A DNA stretch of 64,000 bases, from NCBI RefSeq assembly GCF_010671925.1, contig NZ_JAAHIH010000001.1, forward strand, positions 869,053 to 933,052, read 5' to 3'. The position numbers were made by a program, and so were the translations under genes. The notes beneath the pieces are model-generated. The model was not told where the DNA came from. It made no database searches and saw only the letters and a program-made list of their open reading frames with translations. This document shows, one piece after another, positions 19,306 through 28,320 of the stretch. This stretch comes from Moorena sp. SIOASIH. Its GTDB lineage: Bacteria > Cyanobacteriota > Cyanobacteriia > Cyanobacteriales > Coleofasciculaceae. Within the stretch, counting starts at the first letter, position 1, and each line of letters starts with the position of its first letter.

Positions 19306-19893
19306 ATGACAAATTATCCAAACAACGATCCACAGACACACAACCAAAGCTGTGCCAAAGCCCAGGTCGATGGATACCAGCAAGCTCTTAACGACTTTGG
19401 CATCACTGAATTACTCGCGAAGCTCAGCCATTGCAGTGAAACTGGCTTCCATACCAGGCTACCGATCCAGCCCATTGAAGCTGATGCCATTGCTGCAGTA
19501 CTAATTCAGCAACTTACTACCAGTCTCAACCCTAGCTGGCTAGCTCCCTATCTCCATGGCTTTCATCACCAAGGAGACATCCTGAGTGACCTAGTTACTC
19601 TGGAACTCAAGCAGTTACCAAAGTCAACAGCACTGCCAGAAGACTTTCCGGATCATCCTCCTGCTTCCTGTTTTGATATTGGTGAACGCATCTACTGGAA
19701 AGCCCTAGCTCAGACTGATACTGACTTCGGTATCGTGATTGGCAAATTCTACAACTGGGCAAATCATTGTTGTTGCTGGATGTGGTGCTATCTGATTTTG
19801 CTGGATTCTGAATCTCCAAGTGCCCTTTGGACAGTAACAGATATAGCCTGGGAAAACCATTTGCTTTCTTTAGCGCTGGAGGTGGCATCATGA
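19306..19893 (+). CDS. hypothetical protein
   Basis: ORF only. Overlaps the next ORF by 67 nt in another frame. Confidence 0.35.
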   Translation: MTNYPNNDPQTHNQSCAKAQVDGYQQALNDFGITELLAKLSHCSETGFHTRLPIQPIEADAIAAVLIQQLTTSLNPSWLAPYLHGFHHQGDILSDLVTLELKQLPKSTALPEDFPDHPPASCFDIGERIYWKALAQTDTDFGIVIGKFYNWANHCCCWMWCYLILLDSESPSALWTVTDIAWENHLLSLALEVAS

Positions 19894-20201
19894 GTAAACC
19901 TGATTCGTCTTTAACTCAGGCAAAACAAGAGCTAATTAAACAATACAGCTCCTGTCAACTCGGGATGACACCAACGGAATTCTACAGCAAATGGCCAGTG
20001 ACTCACTCAATGATGGCCATGATTTGCTCTCGTTCGGTGGCGACAGTGGGACGGTGGTTTAGCCGAGGTCGTAATTATCTGCGGCCTCAACCATCGGACT
20101 TGCGTCATCTGGCTCTGATGGATTTTTTGTTGGAGCATTTTGAGGAGATTCCCGAAGAACTGCGGAACTTGCTTTGTCCCCCAAATCACGATCAGTGCTG
20201 A
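19827..20201 (+). CDS. hypothetical protein with HTH-like segment
   Basis: MTPTEFYSKWPVTHSMMAMICSRSVATVGRW resembles a helix-turn-helix. Confidence 0.35.
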   Translation: MDSNRYSLGKPFAFFSAGGGIMSKPDSSLTQAKQELIKQYSSCQLGMTPTEFYSKWPVTHSMMAMICSRSVATVGRWFSRGRNYLRPQPSDLRHLALMDFLLEHFEEIPEELRNLLCPPNHDQC

Positions 20202-20381
20202 CAGCTGACCGCTGAATGCTTACAATAAAACTTGTTAATTGTTAATGGTTTTTAAATTAACACTTAACAATTAGGTGCGACCCGTGGCGAATTTAATTCG
20301 CCAAGGTCAAGCGCACCTTTAACAAGTTAGATCGAGAGAGTTGGTAATTTGTATTACAAGGATAATCTAGCCCTAGAAAAA

Positions 20382-20795
20382 TCACCTTCCAAATCCGCCT
20401 TTACCTCGACGTGAGCGCATTTCTTGACGAATTTGTTGGCGCTGTTCCTCGGTGAGAATACCCCTCATATCTTCTCGTGCTGACTTGTGAATCTCGCGCA
20501 TTTGGTCTCGCTGCTCTTCAGAGAGATTCATACCCTCCCTTGCTTCTCGGAGTTGACGGCGCAGTGTTTTTATAGTTTGGAACCGCCGTTTTTGCTCGGG
20601 AGTGAGAATATCCTCAATTTTAGCTTCAGTATTGTTACGGATGTCCTCAAACTGCTCTTTTTGTTGGTCAGTGATGTTAAGTTTGGAGAAAAATGGAGGC
20701 ATTCCTTCGGCGTTAACTGCCATGGGAAAAGTAGTGAGGGTAATTGCTGCGATACCTGCAAATAGAGAAAAGCGCTTGATATTCATGATGTTCAT
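20382..20795 (-). CDS. periplasmic Spy/CpxP-family protein (LTxxQ repeats)
   Basis: Signal peptide, then four LTxxQ-type motifs (ITDQQKEQF, LTPEQKRRF, LSEEQRDQM, LTEEQRQQI). Confidence 0.7.
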   Translation of the reverse strand: MNIMNIKRFSLFAGIAAITLTTFPMAVNAEGMPPFFSKLNITDQQKEQFEDIRNNTEAKIEDILTPEQKRRFQTIKTLRRQLREAREGMNLSEEQRDQMREIHKSAREDMRGILTEEQRQQIRQEMRSRRGKGGFGR

Positions 20796-21008
20796 TTGTT
20801 TTTATTTTTAACTGTTTTGACGTGAGCTGATTTCTGTTTGATGTCTCTATCCTAAAAAGGGCTAGGGTGAAACCACATGAGGCAAAAGACCTGAATTCCT
20901 CTAGGACTTTAGTCCTAGGCTAGATATGACCAATGGGTCTTGCTTTACCTTTGACACATGGATTAAGGTTGTTGGTTGTTTGTTATTGGTTGTTTACAAC
21001 AATTGTGA

Positions 21009-22247
21009 ATGCGCCATCCTATTCAAATTACTAACCACCCAATTCGATTTTTGCTCTACCTGGAGTGGATACTGCTGATCATTACCGCTTTGGTGGAATT
21101 ACTAAAACTTCCTTTTCCCCCGCTACCTAGGTCGCCACTACTCAATTTAGTTTGCCTGGGAGTATTTGGGTTAATGGGATTGAGATTACCAACAAATCAG
21201 CCTATTTATAAGATACTTTACACCGCCGCCGAAATTGGGGTAATTATCTTAGCGTCCATAGTGGGACACATTCGGCTGTTGCAACTGATGTTAATTATAT
21301 TAGTTGTTCGCAACTGTTTTATCTTTGAGTTCCAAGGTCGCTTAGTGATGACTGGATTTGCGGTTATATTATTCCTAATGAGGCAAATGGTTCGATTTCA
21401 GCATCATGCTATGAGGCATCGTCCTCGGTTTAGACCACCTCCTGTGTTCAGAGAACCACCGACAGGGTTGATTCCGGAGCGATTACTATTTATATTATTG
21501 AGTTCTGTCTTGATATTTGTATTGGTCTTAATCGTTTTGCAGCTATTAGTGGATACTGTACTTTCAGAACGAAAAAGTCGGGAAGACCTGGCACAGGCTA
21601 ATGCTCAACTGCGTGACTATGCCCTCCGGATTGAAGATATTGCTACGCTGCAAGAACGTAACCGTATTGCTCGGGAAATTCATGACTCCTTAGGACATTC
21701 TTTAACTGTATTCAATTTACACCTGGAAGCGGCTTTAAGACTATTACAATCTGACCCTGCTGAAGCCAAAGAATTTATATTAGAAGCGAAACAACTGGGT
21801 AAAACTGCTCTGAAGGATGTACGTCAATCCGTTGCTTCCTTGCGTTTAAATCCGTTACAAGAGCAATCTCTAGAAAATGCGATCGCATCCCTAATCGACG
21901 ATTTCCAAAAGTCCACAGCCATCTCACCTACATGCCATCTTAACCTAAAGCGTTCAATCCCTGGCGACATCAAAATCGCAGTTTACCGTATTGTCCAAGA
22001 AGGGTTGACAAATATCTTTAAATATGCTAAGCCTACTGAAGTAGACATCCAAATTCAGACAGCAACAGATTTACAATTAATTATTAAAGACAACGGTATT
22101 GGATTTTCCCTCAACCAGAACACAACCGGTTTTGGTTTACAAGGAATGCGAGAACGCACCCAAGCCTTAGGAGGAACCTTTAAAATTGAGACAGCACCAG
22201 GAGCTGGCTGCAAAATTATCGCTCATTTTCCTTTACCAAAGGTTTAA
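21009..22247 (+). CDS. sensor histidine kinase (HisKA_3 / NarL-partner type)
   Basis: N-terminal TM bundle, H-box REIHDSLGHSLT, and HATPase_c G-boxes (DNGIGF, GFGLQGMRER). Confidence 0.8.
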   Translation: MRHPIQITNHPIRFLLYLEWILLIITALVELLKLPFPPLPRSPLLNLVCLGVFGLMGLRLPTNQPIYKILYTAAEIGVIILASIVGHIRLLQLMLIILVVRNCFIFEFQGRLVMTGFAVILFLMRQMVRFQHHAMRHRPRFRPPPVFREPPTGLIPERLLFILLSSVLIFVLVLIVLQLLVDTVLSERKSREDLAQANAQLRDYALRIEDIATLQERNRIAREIHDSLGHSLTVFNLHLEAALRLLQSDPAEAKEFILEAKQLGKTALKDVRQSVASLRLNPLQEQSLENAIASLIDDFQKSTAISPTCHLNLKRSIPGDIKIAVYRIVQEGLTNIFKYAKPTEVDIQIQTATDLQLIIKDNGIGFSLNQNTTGFGLQGMRERTQALGGTFKIETAPGAGCKIIAHFPLPKV

Positions 22248-22498
22248 GGTATAGCGTTTTTAGTTGAGATGTAACCATATCGCAAAGGGAACAGGGAACA
22301 GGGAACAGGGAACAGGGTAAAGAGTCAGGATTTTTATTGGAAAATAAAAAAATATCATACAGGTTTACATCTCAAATACAAACGCTATATCTAGCAATCA
22401 TAAATTAATTGCGATAATTTTTTACCCTACTCCCTACTCCCTACTCCCTAAAAATAAGTACCTCACAGAATTGACAACTACTATATAATTATTCATCC

Positions 22499-23134
22499 TT
22501 GATGATTCGTATTTTAATCGTAGATGACCAGAGTCTAATTCGGCGTGGATTAAAAGCCTTGCTGAAGTTAGAAGAAGACTTACAGGTAGTCGGTGAAGCC
22601 GAGAATGGACAAACGGCAATTAGTCTGGTAAAAACTTTACAGCCAGATGTTATACTAATGGATATTCGGATGCCTGTCATGGATGGCGTTGCTGCAACTC
22701 GGGAAATTTGTCAGCAATTCCCAGATACAAAGGTATTAGTACTAACTACTTTTGATGATGACCAGTACGTTACCCAAGCCATACAGTGCGGAGCAGCCGG
22801 ATATTTGCTGAAGGATACCCCTCCAGAAGAATTAGCTCAGTCAATTCGAGCGGTTCAAAAAGGGTATACTCAGTTAGGCCCTGGTATCGGCAAAAAAGTC
22901 GCTACTCAAATGCGAGACCCAACTCCTAGCCCACCTCCGGGTTGGGAGGAACTAACTCCCAGAGAGCAGGAAATTTTACGACTAATTGCTACCGGTGCTA
23001 GCAACCGAGAGATTGCTCAGACGTTGTATATTTCTGAGAAGACAGTGAAAAACCACGTTACTCATATTTTGAGTCGGTTGAATGTACGCGATCGCACTCA
23101 AGCAGCAATTTTAGCAAACTCTATGTTGGGGTAG
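22499..23134 (+). CDS. response regulator, NarL/FixJ family (REC + LuxR-type HTH)
   Basis: Receiver ILIVDDQ...D...K motifs and a C-terminal LuxR HTH LTPREQEILRLIATGASNREIAQTLYISEKTVKNH. Confidence 0.9.
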   Translation: MMIRILIVDDQSLIRRGLKALLKLEEDLQVVGEAENGQTAISLVKTLQPDVILMDIRMPVMDGVAATREICQQFPDTKVLVLTTFDDDQYVTQAIQCGAAGYLLKDTPPEELAQSIRAVQKGYTQLGPGIGKKVATQMRDPTPSPPPGWEELTPREQEILRLIATGASNREIAQTLYISEKTVKNHVTHILSRLNVRDRTQAAILANSMLG

Positions 23135-23139
23135 TTCAC

Positions 23140-23645
23140 TGATAATTGATTATGAGCTAGCATTTGTAAGCTGTCAGCCGTCAGCTGTCAGCTGTCAGCT
23201 TTATTAATTCCTGACAGCAGACCTAACAGAGATTAAACGAATGCTTACCTGTTTTATTCAAAAGCTCGCACCTAAAGTAGCGTGCCACAGGCCCAAAGCT
23301 GATAGCTGAATGCTTACTATAATTTATAAATAGCTGTAAGTATTCAGCCGTCAGCTATCAGCCGTCAGCTTATTTTATTCAAAAGCTGTTCGGTGTAGCG
23401 TGCGCTATGGGCAGAAAATGTTCCCGTAGCGTGGCCACAGACCTTTGGCTGAGAGCTGATAGCTGAGAGCTGATAGCTGAGAGCTGATAGCTGAGAGCTG
23501 ATAGCTGAATGCTTACAAATAGCTCATGAACAATATTGCTGATTTCTGATAACATCAAAATATTTATTACTGTTACCTGCTCCCTGTTCCCTGTTACCTG
23601 CTCCCTGTTCCCTGCTCCCTACTCACTACTCCCTACTCCCTACTC
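23140..23645. repeat. cluster of MITE-like elements and heptamer arrays (GTCAGCY, AGCTGAKAGCTGA; TIR GTAAGYATTCAGC)
   Basis: Direct reading. Internal segment TTATTTTATTCAAAAGCTGTTCGGTGTAGCGTGCGC is shared with copies at 24760 and (inverted) 41060. Confidence 0.8.
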
Positions 23646-23648
23646 CCT

Positions 23649-23855
23649 TTGCTATATATGAGTTCCTCTTCTCAATCTGAAACTTTAATAATTGCCTACT
23701 TTTTTGGCGCTCTTCTCGCTATCACCGTTATGGTTTACTTGCTCAGAGGTTTTGGTATTATTACCTTTCTTCCTGGTGGTATCCTGTGGCTATTGATATT
23801 GTTATCGATTGGTACAGGACTAGTTTACGGGGTTCAGAAAACTCGACGTTATTAG
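23649..23855 (+). CDS. small two-TM membrane protein (hypothetical)
   Basis: 68-aa ORF with two hydrophobic helices. Bracketed by inverted heptamer arrays (TACTCCC left, GGGAGTA right), so it may be fortuitous. Confidence 0.3.
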   Translation: MLYMSSSSQSETLIIAYFFGALLAITVMVYLLRGFGIITFLPGGILWLLILLSIGTGLVYGVQKTRRY

Positions 23856-24162
23856 GGGAATAGGGAGTAGGGAGTAGGGAGTAGGGAGTAGGGATAATAA
23901 AATGGACTGTAGCTTAGGTATCAGCATTTCGGGTATCAGCGTTTTGAGAGTTTTCCGTGAATACTCATGTACTAGCGACTTTCAGTTGATATGATCTCAC
24001 GATAATTACCCTTAATAAAAATTTCCCCATCTCCCCATCTCCCTATCTCCCCACACCTCCCAGCCTCCCTACCCTCCCCGCGCCTCCTTAATTATGGGTA
24101 TTCAACCAGACTTGAGATAAGTCTAAATATCGGTAAGGATTGACCCTAGTACGGCACGACGG

Positions 24163-24696
24163 AATTGACACTCCCCGTCTTAAAAGAACGGGGATTCCCA
24201 GATCTACGATCGGCCTTAAACCTTTGTGTCTTAATCTTTGACGCCGCCAAGAACTAAGCAGTATCTAAACCTGAATCCCGTCAAGACCAAGATTCTAGTT
24301 TAGTTCACAAAAGACCCAGCGGGCTAATCTCCTTGGGCGTTTAGTAACAAGCTTGAGAAGTGCCTTATGAAGTCCGTTTCTCCTCTGCTTCACCTGGTTC
24401 CGGCGTGCCCCGCCGTACCGTTTTATTCTCAAACTGTGATGCAGCTGGGTTCACACACCGATTGGTAGTCGTTCGCGTAGCGTGGCCTACGGCCAATGAT
24501 TGGGTTTTTAAGGAGGACTTTCCCTACCCTCCGGGCATTACTACTTTAAGGTCGAGCAGTGGCGGGTCTCTGACCCGGTTGCGCTTCGGTTTTTCAGCCT
24601 GTACCCTTTAACCATATTATACCAAATGAAATTGAAAAGTGCCAACTAAAAGCCGTCCTAGAAGGACGGGGTTTTAGACCCAAAGTTTTTGATAAA
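24163..24696. mobile_element. ORF-less mini derivative (PATE/MITE-like) of the tnpB-only IS200/IS605 element seen at 58354-59680
   Basis: Carries the same right-end hairpin (24171-24197 CTCCCCGTCTTAAAAGAACGGGGATTC) and left-end hairpin (24652-24671 GCCGTCCTAGAAGGACGGGG + TTTTAGACCCAAAGTTTTTG) as the full element. Internal remnant of the tnpB 3' end (GGTTCCGGCGTGCCCCGCCGTACC). Confidence 0.65.
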
Positions 24697-24702
24697 GATA
24701 CT

Positions 24703-24890
24703 GTAAGCATTCAGCGGTCAGCCGTCAGCCGTCAGCTTTCTGTGGTCAGCCGTCAGCTTATTTTATTCAAAAACTGTTCCCCTAGCGTGGCCAAGAGCTT
24801 ACCGTGGCCATAGGCCAAGGCCAAGCGTGTGCGTAGCGCATAACCTGAGAGCTAAGAGCTGATAGCTGAATGCTGATAGCTGAATGCTTA
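24703..24890. mobile_element. MITE-like element with terminal inverted repeats GTAAGCATTCAGC...GCTGAATGCTTAC
   Basis: TIRs read directly. Internal GTCAGCC heptamers and a conserved TTATTTTATTCAAAAACTGTTCCCCTAGCGTGGCC block. Confidence 0.7.
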
Positions 24891-25019
24891 CAAGATACTA
24901 TTGAAAAAAGCGAAAGGCTTATATAATAATAATTCTGCTCAGAGCTGATAGTTAAGGGCTGATCGCCCGTCCGCTGAGGGCTGACAGTAGAATCTATTGC
25001 GAAAATCCTTGACTACTAC

Positions 25020-25943
25020 GTGGTTATAAGCAATAGAGTTAGGTTAATCTTAAACAAAAGTGAGGTAACGACAATCAACATGGAAGCTATTGAACTCGAA
25101 GTCAGCCAACTAAAATTTTTACTGAAGCTACTGAGCAAACCGGATTATCGGGCATTGATTACGGAAGCGAAACCCAATTCTAAAACCTCAGCGGGGGAAC
25201 GAGATCGAATTTGTCGGGAGTTATGCGATCGCAATTTGATTGACTCTAATCAAGAAATCACAAAAATTCAGATCACTGATGCAGGCAAGGAACTTCTAAA
25301 CCAAGATCAGGCTGAAGTACCAATGAGCACGAAAGAACGCAAAATTATCAAAGCCTGTGAAACAGAACCGACTACTCCCGCCAAGACAAACGTTAAGCCT
25401 GCTAAGACCCGAAAGGAAATCATGGAAGGTTTGATAGAACGGGGTTATATCACAGTAGCAGAAACTAAATTCAAAGATGTCTGGATTACTGAAACCGGTA
25501 TTGAGTACCTATTAAATAATTATAAACCCGTTGGTCGTGGCAATATCAATCTGTCTAAAACCATGCTAGCGGATTATATTGATTTCCTGCGGAAACAGCT
25601 GCCAAACTCAACAACTACAAACTCAGAAACAATCTCAGAATCAGATGGCAATTCAGCTCCGACTCTAGTCAATGCCCCTAATAATGAAGAAATATTACAA
25701 ATTATCAAGGATTTAGACCAAGAACTGGGTACGGAAAACTATTTGCCACTGTTTCATTTGCGCCAAAAGTTACAACCGCCTTTGTCTAGGGAAGAATTAG
25801 ATAAAGCACTGTATAGCTTGCAAGCAGAGGATAAAATTGATCTGAGTGCTTTGGAAGAAGCTAACATGTATACAGAGGAACAAATTGAAGCTGGTATTCC
25901 TCAAAATACCGGGGGGAGGCTATTTTTCATTATGGTGCAGTAA
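25020..25943 (+). CDS. hypothetical protein with two tandem winged-helix-like modules (probable start at M21, MEAIELEV)
   Basis: Internal repeat R..I...L..R.LI.......I.ITD/E.G.E.L appears twice. No catalytic motifs. First gene of a co-oriented three-gene cluster. Confidence 0.5.
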   Translation: MVISNRVRLILNKSEVTTINMEAIELEVSQLKFLLKLLSKPDYRALITEAKPNSKTSAGERDRICRELCDRNLIDSNQEITKIQITDAGKELLNQDQAEVPMSTKERKIIKACETEPTTPAKTNVKPAKTRKEIMEGLIERGYITVAETKFKDVWITETGIEYLLNNYKPVGRGNINLSKTMLADYIDFLRKQLPNSTTTNSETISESDGNSAPTLVNAPNNEEILQIIKDLDQELGTENYLPLFHLRQKLQPPLSREELDKALYSLQAEDKIDLSALEEANMYTEEQIEAGIPQNTGGRLFFIMVQ

Positions 25944-26032
25944 AGTATGATAAACTAACCTAAGGCTTCAAGCTAAGGCTTCCCAATTGTTAATCCTCTA
26001 TCCTTTTCCACTCTATAGATCTAATTTTAGAG

Positions 26033-28045
26033 ATGGCAACGATCCAGGAAATAATTCAACAAGCTCCAAACCCGTTTGACACCGTGACCTTTACTACGGG
26101 TAATTTTTGGGAAGATCCAGACAATGGAGCTGTTAATGTCAAATCGATTCATCAAGATGAAATTAATCAGATAACCACCACCCTCAGTGCGGTGACTCAA
26201 GACCATCGACCCCGCACTATCTTACTGGCTGGTGATCCTGGTGCGGGGAAAAGTTATCTGTTAAAACGGCTCAAACAGCAGCTCAATCAAGACGCCTTTT
26301 TTGCTTATATCGGTCCTTGGGCAAATAGCGATCGCATCTGGCGCTATATCCTCAGGGAAACCGTTGAAAGTCTGCTCAAAATCCCAGAAGGAGAACAAGA
26401 GTCTCAGTTACTGCTGTGGCTCAAGAGTCTCCCGGTCTTTAAAAAAACCGGCTGGCTCCGGAATGAGCGACAACAGTTTATTGGTGACCTCAGAGCTACC
26501 TATCCAACCGGAATTCATAGAAATAAGGAATTTTTTGGAGTCCTCTATGAACTAACTAATCCAGAACGATATCACTTGGCTTATCAATGGTTAAGGGGAG
26601 AAGATTTAGATGAAGATGATTTGGAAACCCTTCGGGTCAGAGGCTCTATAGATAACGAAGACGATGCTCAGAACATCTTAATCAACTTCGGGAGAATTTC
26701 TTCATACACCAAGCCAATTGTGCTGTGTTTTGACCAATTGGATAATATTCCTCGTTTGCCTGATGGTTATCTGGATCTAGAAGCTCTGTTTAATGTCAAC
26801 TCTACCCTCCATACTCGCTATCCCAATAACATGCTGATTATAATCAGCATGATTAGCAATACCTTGAGACGGAATCAAAAACAAATTAAACCCGCTAATA
26901 TTGCTAGACTTAATCATAAAATTCTGCTCAAAAGGATTACCCTAGAGCAAGCAGAATCCCTTTGGGCAAACCGACTATATTCGTTACATCAGCAAGCTGA
27001 TCAAAAACCAATTTTACCGATTTATCCTTTAACTCGGCAAGACCTCGAAAAAGCATTTCCTGGTGGCAAAACTACTCCTCGGGAGACATTGACCCTGGGA
27101 AATCAGCTAATTGAAAGATATAAAACTCAGATAGTTAATAGTTCAGATCCATCAACCAAGACTAAATCAACTAGTCAAGATGATACCGCTGGTAAATCAA
27201 TACCGAGAGCAGAAAAAGCCTTAGCTTCATTTAAATGGAAGTGGCAAAAAGAATTTCAAAAAACTGAGCAGAAAATTACCCGAATCGGAACAAATTATGA
27301 ACCTGAATTGATTAAGATGTTACGAGAGGCATTAGAAGCTCTGGAGGTCAAGGATGTTAAATCAAACTTTTTGTCAGGTAGTTTTGCCAGTTATTCCCTA
27401 AGTTACCAGCTGCCATCATCCCAGGAACGGATCGGATTAGTCTGGGGAGAAACTACTAATGGTAACAGCTTTTATCATCTGATGAATGCCTGTGATAAAG
27501 CTATTCAAGGCAATCGCTGTCAAACCTTATACCTAATTCGCTATACAGAAGTTAAAAAACGTGGTCTTAAGGGGGACAAACTCTACAGCAAACTATTCAA
27601 TGGTTCTGGCCATATTCACCTCAAATTAGAAGACCTCTCCTCTGTCTATTACTTAGCTACTTATCATAGCTTAGTTAATCAAGCTTTTTCCCAAGAGTTA
27701 GTGCTTGCTGATACAATACTAACACTGCCAGAGTTACAAGATATAATCCGAAAATCGTTAATTTTGCAGGATTGTCCCTTACTACAAGAGTTGAATATTT
27801 TTCCTAGTAAGGTTAACGATACTCAACTTGTTACCAAGCCGGTTAAGGAATTTGTGATAAATCTGCTCAAACAGAATCAAATTATTGGTCATAATGTTTT
27901 AATTAAAACTACTCAGAATAAATTGACTTCCATCAAGGAAATAGCAATTCACCAAGGAATTAAGGAACTGTCTCAGGAAAATAAAATTAAACTTCTCCCT
28001 GTGGATGGTTCCCTAGATAAACAATTAGTATGTTTGGTACCGTAA
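26033..28045 (+). CDS. P-loop NTPase, NACHT-like STAND family
   Basis: Walker A GDPGAGKS. Walker B hhhhFDQLD resembles NACHT hhhhDGhDE. Long alpha-helical C-terminal region. Confidence 0.6.
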   Translation: MATIQEIIQQAPNPFDTVTFTTGNFWEDPDNGAVNVKSIHQDEINQITTTLSAVTQDHRPRTILLAGDPGAGKSYLLKRLKQQLNQDAFFAYIGPWANSDRIWRYILRETVESLLKIPEGEQESQLLLWLKSLPVFKKTGWLRNERQQFIGDLRATYPTGIHRNKEFFGVLYELTNPERYHLAYQWLRGEDLDEDDLETLRVRGSIDNEDDAQNILINFGRISSYTKPIVLCFDQLDNIPRLPDGYLDLEALFNVNSTLHTRYPNNMLIIISMISNTLRRNQKQIKPANIARLNHKILLKRITLEQAESLWANRLYSLHQQADQKPILPIYPLTRQDLEKAFPGGKTTPRETLTLGNQLIERYKTQIVNSSDPSTKTKSTSQDDTAGKSIPRAEKALASFKWKWQKEFQKTEQKITRIGTNYEPELIKMLREALEALEVKDVKSNFLSGSFASYSLSYQLPSSQERIGLVWGETTNGNSFYHLMNACDKAIQGNRCQTLYLIRYTEVKKRGLKGDKLYSKLFNGSGHIHLKLEDLSSVYYLATYHSLVNQAFSQELVLADTILTLPELQDIIRKSLILQDCPLLQELNIFPSKVNDTQLVTKPVKEFVINLLKQNQIIGHNVLIKTTQNKLTSIKEIAIHQGIKELSQENKIKLLPVDGSLDKQLVCLVP

Positions 28046-28320
28046 GCTATCAGCAATCAGCAATCAGCAATCAGCTATCAGCAATCAGCTATCAGCAATC
28101 AGCTATCAGTTATCAGTTATCAGCTATCAGCTATCAGCTATCAGCTATCAGCTATCAGCTATCAGCAATCAGCTATCAGCTATCAGCTATCACAGGCTAG
28201 AAGCCTGTGCCACACTACTTGAGGTGCCATTGGCCAAAGACTGACGGCTGACCGCTGACGGCTGACCGCTGACGGCTAAAGATTATTCTACCATAGCTAA
28301 AATTCGGATAACAAGCGCCA

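Noticed and set aside
19306-20201. Possible frameshifted single gene from the two overlapping ORFs
   Set aside because: A 67-nt overlap in different frames could also be two genuinely overlapping small genes. This cannot be decided from the sequence, so both are kept as low-confidence CDS.
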